Assembly (NCBI GenBank): GCA_030704615.1
Contig: CM060732.1
Location: forward strand, 66,340,001-66,404,000
Source of the DNA: Takakia lepidozioides
Taxonomy: Eukaryota > Plantae > Bryophyta
DNA length: 64,000 bases
Direction of reading: 5' to 3'
How positions within the stretch are numbered: position 1 is the first letter of the stretch; the number at the start of each line of letters is the position of its first letter. Both the position numbers and the translations under genes were made by a program. Positions 23,860 through 35,405 of the stretch are shown in pieces. The notes below the pieces were generated by a model, which was given only the letters and a program-made list of their open reading frames with translations, did not search any database and was not told where the DNA came from.

Positions 23860-25380
23860 AAATCCTTCCACAGGGAATCATAGGTAATCTGGAGCTTGAA
23901 ATCCGGCGCTCTTGGATGAATCTGGACCCACATTCTATCCCTGCTCCTTCAGCTATCCATGCCTCTGGACATACATTCTTGCCTTGCTGCTAGCACCTGA
24001 CAATGCAACCTAGAATTGTTCCAGCAAACACCCCAACCCTACATATCACGGAAACGTATTCATTCCAGAGCTTCTCCTCGTCTTTGTTATCTGTTTTCCG
24101 ATACTCTTATGTTGCCACACTGGCTGTAACATGTCAAAATCACTCCAAAATCACCATAGATCCACCAACGAGCTAACTTGCAGAATTCAACATTATAATT
24201 TAGGGACGACTCTGATAACACGAGAAAATAGGGTGAAATGTGAAGAAGGTGTCTTCATTAGCAATGCCTTGTTCTATCAATTGTGCTGCTGCCACTGTTG
24301 TTTCTAGTTGGACTACAAAGAGAAGCAGATGCAATTCAGAATTGGAACTACTGTAATAAGTAGGGCTGGGGTGTTTGCTGAAAGAACTTCATGCCGTCAA
24401 ATGTCAGCTGCTAGCAGCAAGGCTAAGGGTGTATTCATGATTTGTACAAAGACAGGGATAGCTGAAGGACCGGGAATAGAGGTCCAGATTCATCCAAGAG
24501 GGCCGGATTTCATAATTAATTCGGATTTCTATGGATCAATAGCTACAAGAAATCTGCGTGGGTAAATTGTCAACAACAGACATTCACCTTTTTGTCTCCA
24601 TTGTCCTATCATTGACTTGGGTGGAAAAGTGTTCATTCCAAACCTTTTATTTCATCCCTGTTATTTGTTTTTGGATATTTTCTTGCTGCCACATCGGCAG
24701 TAATTTGTCAAAGTCATTCCAAACCACCACTGATCCACCCGTCACGCTAACTTACAGAATTCAATATGCATCTCAGGGTCGTCTGATGAGAGGGAAAAAC
24801 AGGTTGAAATAGGTAGAAGAATAAGGGTCCTCACCACATTGTCTTTGACCTCGTGTCATGACCCATGGAGACCATCAACCCAAAATGACCTCTTGTGTGT
24901 ACTGCTTGTGTCTGTAGTCACGTAATATCGGATTGATATGTGAGAACCACCATGGTGCAGCTAAGTAGACAGAGATTGAAACATGGTCTACTAAGACCAA
25001 GCCGATTCTCCCAAGAACCTTGTAAACATCAGGAATAATACCAAATCATGGTACTAACAGGAGCCAAGAGCCCACATTTGCAAGATGGACAAGCTTCTTC
25101 ACATCGTTCCAATGCCTCCATCCCACATCCATGCTGGGTAAACCCTACGATCATCAGATTCCAAGAGACTAAATTTCGCATAGCCATACTGTTGAAAACT
25201 GCCTTTGCATCCTTCATGCTCCTACACTTGTCCACCAGAGTAGTATCCAGAATGATAGTGGCATGATTCCAGCTTTCAATGGTAGCTTTGACCTCTCTTG
25301 AGCTTGAAATCCGGCCCTCCTAGATTGAATTTGAACGTATTCATTCCAAAGCTTCTCTTCGTCTCTTTTATCTGCGAAAA
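23860..25380. pseudogene. Scrambled mosaic of PDF/PPR gene fragments in both orientations
   Basis: Blocks match about 2725-2830 and 6000-6255 (minus), 2610-2860 (plus) and 2155-2610 (minus). A PPR piece and a fused EEKLWNEY/VQI..PDFKLK follow at 25040-25380. Confidence 0.8.
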
Positions 25381-26770
25381 AGGTTGTGCAGCATCCACCA
25401 TGTAGGATCTCCCGCTCCCTGTGAGATTGGTGTGTGAAACCCTCCGTGCTCAAGCACGTGGGGCATCATCGTCCCTTCCCCGCGCTGCAACCCTCTCGAG
25501 TTATTCTCCGGTTATTTTCGGGCAGTCCGGACAGACTCCAAAAACGATGACGTGTCTACGAAACGTGGCGACGATGATGTGGCTATGATGACGTGGGTGA
25601 TGACGTACCCGCGGCATGCCTTGCCGCAGTTCATACGTCATACTATGGTAACTCGTAACGCTGCACCCAAAGCATTTCTACCGCCTTTGAGAGTCCGCGC
25701 ATCTTCCAAGCGGGTCATCGGTTAGCAAGCAGAGAGGAGCAGTAGGCCCAGCCATGGCGTCTAATATTACCTCTGAAAGTTTCTGAAGGCAGAAGAAGCC
25801 TGGCTGCGAGACAGCTGACCGCAACGAACCTGATGGCGTCTTGACTGATCAGCATTTCCAAAGCAATGGACGGATGGATCCAGCAATGCGTTGATTTGTG
25901 TCTCAAGAGCGAAGAAGGTGCAATCTATGGTGGAGTAACCTCAGCATGCAGCCTAGGACTCTGTTACATTCTTGCTGCTCCTCATTCTCCAAGTGTCGGT
26001 CAGGATGCAGGTTTCATAATCTTCACCTGTGATGTTTAGTCCGCGTAAAACATGCTGCTGAGGGTCACTGACTCGCAATTCTGTATCGATGTTTTCCGTT
26101 TGTGCAGTCTATCCCTCCCGCACAAAAAAATTCCAACCTCCCAGCGAGACTCTGTTTCGGATGGATGTAGTCTCTGTTCCTCGTTGCAGAAAGTATCTCA
26201 AATTAATCATGGAGCCTGCGACTGAGATCATGATTGTTATCGCTGAGTTACACTCCATGGTTTACGTACTGCAACTTTGCAGTCTCTCTTCCTCCTCCTT
26301 GCAGTAGTCAAACATAGAGCCCGTAATTCAGATGAAGTTAGTCCCGCTCATCATTCATGGGTGATAATTTCCAACATGTATGCTGTCTCTCTTAATCTTG
26401 CAGATGAGAGACCTCACATACGTAAAGCCGAAGATCTGATGATGGATATCACTTTGGTGTCATGCGCAATCCCAGTTGATATTTCCCTTGTGAGAAAATT
26501 AAGATTAACTGAACCTTAGAGTCCGTTTCCCGTCCCCGTAGCTTGGGCTCAACTGCTTAGTTCCATTCCAGAGCTGATGCTTACTCTTCCAATTGTCCAG
26601 CCTATATATGCAGCAACAAAACCTAACTTGGTCTCCCCAGCTCTACGCACTTCTCACTCCACAGTCTTTAAGTTGGCTCTTTTGGTGCCAATTGGTTTGG
26701 CAACCAGGCTTGTCATACCTATGCATAACCTAAATCAGAGGTTTCATTCTGCTGGTGGAGCCTGCACACA

Positions 26771-29700
26771 ATGGATCACTACTTCCAGCTTGTGATGGCT
26801 GCCATCGATGCAATGCTAGACATAACGTCCTCTGCCAGTAAAAGCTCCTGGCAACTAAATAAAAGCCAATGCATGTACTTGGCACATAAGCTTGCAGATA
26901 TCAGAGACTACTTACTAGGGGAGATGGACATTCTGTCCGCCATGAAGCAATGGCAGCAATGTCTCAAACAACTTTACTACATCCTGAACAAGGCTGAGAT
27001 GCTAGTGATGGGGTGCTCCAGTGAGCAGTGGCTCCTAGCAGCAGTTTCCCTTGCAAAATCCAGCGAGCACTTTACGGAGATTCTCTTCGAACTACAATGG
27101 TGGACCGATGTGGTGTGCTTTGCAATCATGGAGACCAAGGAAGGTGAAGCGTCACAGGGACTCCAATATTTTTCACCATTAAAGTCTGCAGCCGAGAATT
27201 ATGAGACTCAGCTAAGTACTCCAGAGCGAGATGCTCTCCATAACATGATCCTGGAGGATGAGAAGATGCTACTTGCCAAACTGGAGGGAATGAAGGGGGA
27301 GCATGTTAGCAGACCCAGTACTCATATTGGACTTGACCAAGATTGTTCTCAGGCAGACTATTTATATCAAAGATTGACTCTTTCTTACTCTTCGTGGATA
27401 GCACAATTGCAGGAAGATGAATCACTGCACAAGGTTACAATTCATAAGCTTCTGGGCCAGGGCGCATACGGAACAGTCCTGGAGGTTACATGGATGGGAC
27501 ACAGGTGTGCTTTGAAAGTGTTTGGGTCTGTAGTTCAGACAGAGGCAGCCATACTGGCTGGACTTCAGCACCCGCACATTGTGCAACTGTTGTGTTATTG
27601 GGAGACAGACGACAAATCTTTTCTTGCTATGCAACTAATGACAGAGGACCTTTCCACTCTCATGAAGAGATTGCAGAAAAATAAGCCAGGTAGTCCATTC
27701 ACACTGCCTGTGGCCATTGACATTATGCTTCAAGTGGCCAAGGGGATGCGATATTTGCATAGCCAAGGGGTGGCTCACCGGGACCTCAAGTGCTCTAACA
27801 TTCTGTACAAGTCCAGTTCTGTTGCCGAACTTTCTGCTGAGGGCTACGTTGATGTGAAGCTTGCAGATTTTGGTACAGCCAAAGCAAATCTGAAGACCTC
27901 TACTCCAAGTCTGGAACAGACTTGGAAAGTTGGTTCAACAAAATGGAGAGCACCAGAGCTCTATGGAGTTTCAAACGACATGTACACAGAAGAGCCCAAT
28001 TCTAGAAGACTAGCATACCCACTGCAGGTTGATGTGTGGAGTTTTGCGATGACATGCTTTGAAATTCTCACAGGAGAAGCGCCCTTTCAATATCTGGAAA
28101 ATGGGAAAATCCAAGAGAGGATTACAGTCTACAAGGAAAGACCAGAATTACCAGCTTATTGTCTGCCATACTTGAGATTTTGCATTTCCAGCTGCTGGAA
28201 GACACAACCCCAGTCCCGACCAAGCTTTTCAGATATTTGCAAAATGTTCAAGTATGCAAAAGGTCTAGTCTTGGGATTGACTGGTAGTTGGATTGAGCCA
28301 GTCGTGTTTGCATACAAGGACCATGATGGGATGATGCAGTTGATGGATGCAGCCAGGTAAACTCCTTTTCTCATTGGTTCATTGTTTGCTTTTCGTATGC
28401 TGAATTGCTGCATGTTGCTGGGCGTTGCACAGAACTTGCCCTTGCACTATTTCAATGTTGGAAGGCTTATATGATAGTGGACGTGGGACAGTGGTGCTGG
28501 TGAAGGCTTTCAAAAGAATGTTACTGGTTCCTCTGGTGCTTTACAGTGGAATTTTGAATTCCCCCCTATTTGTGTCTACAGTGTGTAGTTGGCTTGTAGG
28601 GTAAACACAGCCTCCCACTTTTGCTGTAGGAATTCTTTCTGATTTCATGTGTTTGTTGTGTCCCCACGCAGACTAGAAAGCAACAACAAATCAACAGGTG
28701 AGGAAGCTGGACTCAAAACTCTGGCAATCGTTATGGATTTTACTTGTGTGAATGCTCCCAGCTAATGGAGGATGTTGAAAGAGGATATTCAATTTGTCCT
28801 TGCAACTTCACTCATGCTTCATAAGTCTATTCAAGGGAGTTAGAAAGCAGAATTCAATCCAATTTGGATGTAAGGGGCTTCTCAATTTGATGCAATCATA
28901 CGCGCAGACCACAGATATGCTTTATAAACTCATGAGGAATTTTTGATGAACTCCAACTAAGCTGTATGCAGAACCATGGCAGTAAGATATGTGAGAACCC
29001 TGGCAAGTTATTATGGGTTTTTTCAAGTCAATATGTCCATGTAGAATGGTGACTCATCACCAGACTAGTTAGCAACTTGTGCTTTGGCAATACACTTCCA
29101 TTTGCATCTTCTCATTGGGCCAGTTTTGTGTATTCAAGGTTGCATACCATGCAAAGTCACAGGAGTTGTCAAAACAATCAGGGAGAACACAAGACAAACT
29201 TCTCGTGCTTTCAGGCACAAGATCCTTGTCCTAAGTTCAGGTAGGTTTTCCTGGCGAAATATACAGTGCTCCAGTCATTTCACCTCAGTAGTCCTTTCCT
29301 CAGTTAATTTGAGTAGGTATATGATAGTCACACTGACGATTTCGTATTGAGGACCCCCCTGGGTAGGAACTTCCAACTAGCATAGAACTAGCTGCTGCTG
29401 ACATATTGTGAGTCTGTAAACAGTGTCGGTGTTGCATATTAGACTTTTAAATGCTACCAAAAGTTGACGAGTTAAAAGATGTTGGGTGTGAAACTTGCAG
29501 GGCTTCAACTGCCAGTCCGCTGGCTACATGGAAGAAAGATGGATCACATCCATCAACAAATGATTCTGGAAGCAGTCGGTACAGAGAACCTGTTTTCCAT
29601 GAGTCAGATGAAAAGGGCAACCAAAGGATTTGCAGGTGATCACATCCATCAACAAATGATTCAGGAAGCAGTCGGTACAGAGAACCTGTTTTCCATCAGT

Positions 29701-30564
29701 CAGATGGAAAGGGCAACCAAAGGATTTGCAGGGGATCGCATGCTTGGCTTCGGTGGTTTGTATACAATATACAAAGGTACTCTAGAAAATGGGATGGATG
29801 TGGCAGTGAAGAAACTACATGATAATGCTGATCCGTCTACTTTCACAAAGGTTTTGAAGGAAGTTATGGTTTCGTCCAAATTCAAGCATCGCAATGTGTC
29901 GAACCTCCTTGGATGCTGCCTACAGAAAATCCCAATACTTGTCTATGATTTCATGCCACAGGGTAGCCTCTTTGGGCGCTTGCATGGAAAGGGGTCAAGG
30001 GTAAAATTGGTCTGGAGCCAGCGCTTGCGAATTGCAACTGAGACTGCAGAGGGCTTGGCGTATCTACATACCTCTCACCGCATCTGTCACAGGAATGTGA
30101 GACCTGCAAGCATCCTATTGGATGAAACACTCACTGCAAAAATTGGTGGCTTTTCATTGTGTCGAGAGATACAGCTCTATGATGCCCATGTTTCAACATT
30201 TGTGAGGGGGACAGTGGGCCACACCGACCCAGAGTACTCGAAGACTGGTCGACTAACGCTGAAGAGTGATGTATACTCCTTTGGGGTAGTGTTGCTGGAG
30301 TTGATCACCTCTCGAAAACCATTTGAGCTTATTGTACCTGGTGAGGTTTTTGAACTGGTATCCTGGTCGATCCCCTACATAGAGAAGGGACAGCTAGACG
30401 CAATTGTTGACCTCCATTTAGTGGAAGATTTGGAGTTCTTGTTTTCCGTAGAGCATGTGGCACGGCTGGCAGCACAGTGCGTGGCGGAGCGAGGACAGGA
30501 CCGGCCATCGATGCAACAAGTGCTGCAGGGGCTTCGTACAATCAGGGCAGGGCACAAATTTTAG
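26771..30564 (+). CDS. Tandem kinase: DUF1221/4-helix-bundle N-terminus + Raf-like kinase + RLK/Pelle (WAK/RLCK-like) pseudokinase; predicted exons 26771-28356, 28672-28697, (29163-29240), 29501-30564
   Basis: Kinase 1 is intact (GQGAYG, ALK, HRDLKCSN, DFG, APE) and its ORF ends on an AG|GTAA donor. Phases 2,1,1 join in frame to ORF 29479-30564, which has HRNVRPAS and GGFS in place of HRD and DFG. Confidence 0.75.
29542..29733 (+). repeat. 96-bp (32-aa) in-frame tandem duplication before the second kinase domain
   Basis: DHIHQQMI.EAVGTENLFS.SQM.RATKGFAG occurs twice. Confidence 0.95.
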
Positions 30565-32181
30565 AAAGCACTTGATGTGACTCTACTCCATCTCCGATGG
30601 TGTACCAATCTTACATCTGCTTCTTGATGGTCTTTGCCCCATTGGAGAATGATAATTTTTCCCGAGGACTTCAGAACAACCCACGAAGAATCGTAAGTAA
30701 AAATTTGGGACTTGTACTCATCCCTCTTTCACCAGTTAGATCACAGCATGCAAATAATACTGCAGCTCAGAAGAGGAAATATTATCAGCACATGAACACC
30801 AATTTCATTTACTACGTGTGATATATCTCAATTGTGCAGGTGAACTCCATGTGCCATGTTGATGACTTCTGTGTGCCACCTCACCAAACCTCTAGCTGAC
30901 ACCCTGATCAGTCAACAAGACCATGACATCTCAGTGTCTCTACTACGGCTTCTGATTGCACACTCTATTCTGCTTTCACGATCCTAATGTTGATCGATTA
31001 GTACATCAGTCACTAGCTGGTTCTTCAGATCTGATCTGATCCTTTGCTAAATCATGTGTAATGATGCCTAACTGACCAGTCTCATTATGCCTGTATAAGC
31101 TCACTCCAGTTAATATATCTAAATCTTCAGTAGTCCTGTCGTCAGTACATTTGTCCTCTGTACTCTCTACGAAATCAGTCAGTCGGTTCTCCACTCATCA
31201 CAGCTCTCGCTCATACATAAAATAGCTTAAGATGGGTAGTATTATATTGCTTCCCAGACAACGGCAGTAGACAGTATCCATCTCCCTGCCATCTCCATCT
31301 GCACCCTGTCGTCACCTGTTTTCAAAACCATATCCGTCTCCTTGCTGTGCTCTCCTCCCAATTCAAAGAGCTGCGTCCATCGTTGTGAGTCTAAACTCTA
31401 AACCCCAAACTGGCTCCAATTCTTGTGTTCGTCCTTTTAGCCATACAGAATGCTCGAAAGTGTAAAGTTTTGTGCAAATAAAATGCCATCTGAACTACAA
31501 TCCCCTACATAGATAGAGGAGGGAAATTGTTGCCCCATTTACTGGAGGGTACTGGGACTCAGGTTCAATGACTTATTTATATGATATAAAAACTTGCTTG
31601 TGCACCTGAAGCAGAGCAATCTGTGCTGGAGGTGGGACACCTAACTTAACCCTATGTTTTTGAGGCATCCAGTCTCTTGAGTTTAGTAGTCGTCTCATTA
31701 ATTTGCTCTCAGTAATGGGTGTATTAGATACCGGCCTTCAAATCTGCATCTGTATATTACCATCTTTGTAAATTGAAAGGTGTCTCTATCTTAACAGGGA
31801 GGTCCTGCAAACGTATCAATTGGTTTCTGTTGTCATTCGTTCTGTCATTCTGTGCAATGTTTCTTGCAGGAATGGCCCTTTTGCAACATCCCATAGCAAT
31901 TTTTTCAACTAAAATTTCATGGTCTTGTATTACACCCACTTTCTAGCTAGCTTTAGTTTAGTGCCCTCTCCTGGTTAGATCTCTCCTGTAATACAGGTCT
32001 GACCACCCTTCAACAAACTAAGTTTTTGTCTAGAGGTATATATCATGGTCTGCAAGAACATTTGTAAGAGGATTTACTTGTGCTGATGCTACTGTAGTTG
32101 GATGTGTGGGATTAGGGGATAAGGAAATGGTCATGTCTTTTCCAGTCTTGGCGCAGTTCTAGAGTTCACTCTGAGCAGGTA

Positions 32182-32369
32182 GTGCACTTAGCAGGTAGCC
32201 CAGTGGTTGGGTGTTTGTGCCTTGCCTGTGCATAACCTAGGTGATCCTGGGTTCAATCCTTCAACATGTGCCTTCAGACCGTCCATTGGGCCCTCGATGG
32301 CCTGTGTGTTGAGCAGTAGGCTCTGTAAATTCACTGGACGTTAAAGAAACTTTATCTTTTATCTTATCT
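32182..32369 (+). mobile_element. tRNA-derived SINE, copy 2
   Basis: Pol III A box TAGCCCAGTGG, B box GGTTCAATCC and TTTATC tail; second copy at 22258-22436. Confidence 0.85.
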
Positions 32370-32903
32370 GTTTTTTGGGGGTTCAAATCAAAGTTGTCCT
32401 CTTTGAAGGCTAAAGAGAGTAAAGGTAGAGGCCATCATCTCCTAATCCTCTCTCAAATTTTGTAGAAAGGCGAGTCAAGTGCAGACACCATGTTATACCC
32501 CCTGTAGGTTTGTCACTTGCAAGTGCGCAGATGGGAGGGAACCACAGGGAGATGGACTGCACATTCTTTGCTGAAGAGTTACTACAAAAAGGTAACTCTT
32601 GGCACAGCATTTGAGTAGTAAATATTTACAAAAACTTGGAGTAGTGTCTCACCAGCAGCCCATAGTTTTTCATAAATTTGAACCTACCTACTAGCAATCC
32701 TCTGTAGAAGCATCGATCAGGTAGTCATCCAGGGTATGCTCTAGATGCTACTAAGATGATGCTTCTGCTTCTTGTTGACTGCCTGAAAGAGATTTAGGCT
32801 GCACAAAATTGAGGAACGGAGTACTATCAAAACTATCAAACCGCAAGTCTATCAAAACTATTGAGCAGTACAGACAACTGTGCTAGTTTGCTTCATTGTA
32901 GGA

Positions 32904-34144
32904 TCAGGCCACCACCATCTCAATGACGCTCTCGGAGTCGCATCCATTGCAGATCAATTTCTCGTCCACTTTGCAACGCTTCTCAAATTTCTTACACCAA
33001 TTGGTGTCTCGAAGCTCCTCAGCCGCCTTCTTCCAGTTTCTGGCGCTGGCCTGCGCGATGAATTCTGTGAACTCTCGGCTTCCCAGCGTCTCCCCTCCTG
33101 TACACAAAGGCAACAGTTGAGTTAAACACATGTTTTGAACAATTCGAGCAGTCTTCACAAGACATTTTGTGATAGCAGAGGTTGCATCATCTCCCTCTCT
33201 ACCTGCAGAATGGACGATGTCTGCAAATACCGCCATCACGTTGCAGCAGAAATCATCAAGCGCCTTGACATACTCAGCAGCTTCGTCTAATACTCGCTTT
33301 GCATCGAGTGCAAGCAACGCAGAGATCTGCAGATCATTCAAACATTGCTTCCCCTTGTACACCTGCCAGGAATTCCATCATCGATCAGTCGAGCGGCATG
33401 CGTGTGCGGAAAAGGAAAGAAGATACTTGATATCGATATTCCCATGGGGAGCTTGGAGAGAGAGAGAGAGAGAGAGAGAGGTTCATGAGAAAAGTGGGAG
33501 TCGAGAGACTGACCTTGTCGTAGTCAGCGATCAAAGCAACCAGCTCCCTGCGACGAGTTTTGGGATCGTCATCCAGGTTGTAGCCCACGCCCACTGCTCG
33601 GTGGCCCCTGGTGGTGTTGTATGCACAACGATGGCGCCCCTCGTTTTGCTCCAGAAGATCAGCCGTTCTTGGAATACAAACAGCTCGCACAGTCCATGAT
33701 GACACAGAGCTCCTACATGTGATCCGGGCACGAAACTGTCAACAAAAAAACTTCCCGCCTGGGTTGATTGAAGGTCTCATGCACGATGTCATTCTGCTTG
33801 AAATCAAAACAATGATGTGACGAGATCTCTATTCAGCATTGCCATTTGCTTGAACATTATCTACTTGAATCCGGCAGCACTCCATAGTGGAGTGATTACC
33901 TGTGACGATGGTCACATCTCGGGTCATTGTCCTCAGCGCTGTGATGTTCTTCGGCCGAACGGAAGACTTTCAACAGTCGCTCCACCCAAAGACTCGATTT
34001 AATCTCTTGCTTATGTTCATGCGTGCATGAAGCCACCTTCCTGCCTGTGGCAGCATCTGTAGGAGCGGCCGTCAGTACCACGAAGACCAGCACAACCACG
34101 GACACCACGAGTGGCCATGCAGATATCTTTGATCCAGACTCCAT
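32904..34144 (-). CDS. Secreted phage T4-type (GH24) lysozyme-like protein, about 265 aa; exons 34144-33900, 33712-33514, 33362-33203, 33097-32904
   Basis: Signal peptide WPLVVSVVVLVFVVLTAAPTDA. LEQNEGRHRCAYNTTRGHRAVGVG aligns without gaps to T4L [24 protein letters not shown], and WKKAAEELRDTNWC to WDEAAVNLAKSRWY. GT-AG introns give an open 798-nt CDS. Confidence 0.8.
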
Positions 34145-35405
34145 TGTGCCCTTCTCGACCGTGTACAATTCCCTGTCAAAAGAGGTAGTACATGTCACAT
34201 GAGATCAGAGGAATATTGTTGCAGCTCAAAATTTAAATTGCCAATGAACAAAGCTTAGTAACACAGACGACAAATGAAACCAAGTGACAGTGAGCTGGAA
34301 TTGAGGTTACCTGGAATCGAGAAGAAGAAGCATGAAGTGTTGCAATGTCGCTCCTGAACTATAAACGCTTGGATCAGCATGGCGGCGGGCATCCACGTCT
34401 ACCGCATGCCGACGCGCACGTTTGCTAGGCCACGACGCCCTGCCTCTCAACACTCAGTGCTCGTTACAAAACGCCCACCAGCAGTTGCCATGCAGTATCA
34501 CCTAAGTCAACTTGCAGTGAGTCTTCTTCCTTTCACTTATTAAGGCGTGCAGCTTGAATGTCAACTGCAAGCCACTGCATATATATGCGTCAATAACTCA
34601 GTGTTGCAGATTTATAGCTACGTTATGGTTGTGGCTCACACCGAATTGTCTGAGGTCAAGCTGCCCAGCGTAGAGAGCTTGGAACGGAAATGTTTAAAAC
34701 ATAAAATTGTGTTCACCTGTGGATATTGTGGGGAATTGGATCCCCTCAAATAAGAATTTGCTTAACAGAAGAGGCTTTTCAAACAGTCATAACCATACGA
34801 TGCTATACCAAGGAGTACATCCACTCAAAGTACTGAGTGGTTTGATCCACCTCTAACTATACAAACCCCATTCTGTTAGGGCGGCCTCAACCCATCATAA
34901 AGAAGGTTGACATCGGCAGTACAAGTATCACCCAACTGCCAATCATCGAGTTCGAAGGTCCAATTTGTTTGCTTTAGTGTTGGAGAGTGTTTTATCAGGT
35001 GCTGGTATACTGGTCCTGAGTGTCAGTCAAGTTCATCACAATCTCAAGGTTCCATCTGTCTGCTGGTGTGAGCTAGCCTTCAGATTACTTTTTTCGAAGG
35101 CACTTCAATTGAGTGTGCCCCCCATGCAAGCAAGACTTCATTAATTAGGCGTTACCCTAATAATACATACACCACAGATGTGTTCGAGAAAACTGAACCA
35201 CACAACACAACACAACAACACCAAGGCAAGCCTTATCTTGTTTTGAGACAACTTTACTAGAGTAAATCATGTATACACACACTCACACTACATAAGCGGA
35301 TTCCTGTGCCTAACTGCTGTAGGGTCCTTCAGGTCTTGTCGTGCTGATCTCTACCCCAGAAAGCAGTATGCAGCTTCCGCCTGTAAGCTTGCTCCCTAGC
35401 ATTTC

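Noticed and set aside
30988-31201. Solo LTR (TG..CA)
   Set aside because: No target-site duplication and only weak terminal inverted repeats.
32190-32270. Functional tRNA gene
   Set aside because: A and B boxes are present but there is no convincing cloverleaf; it continues into a shared body and simple-repeat tail in two copies, so it is a SINE.
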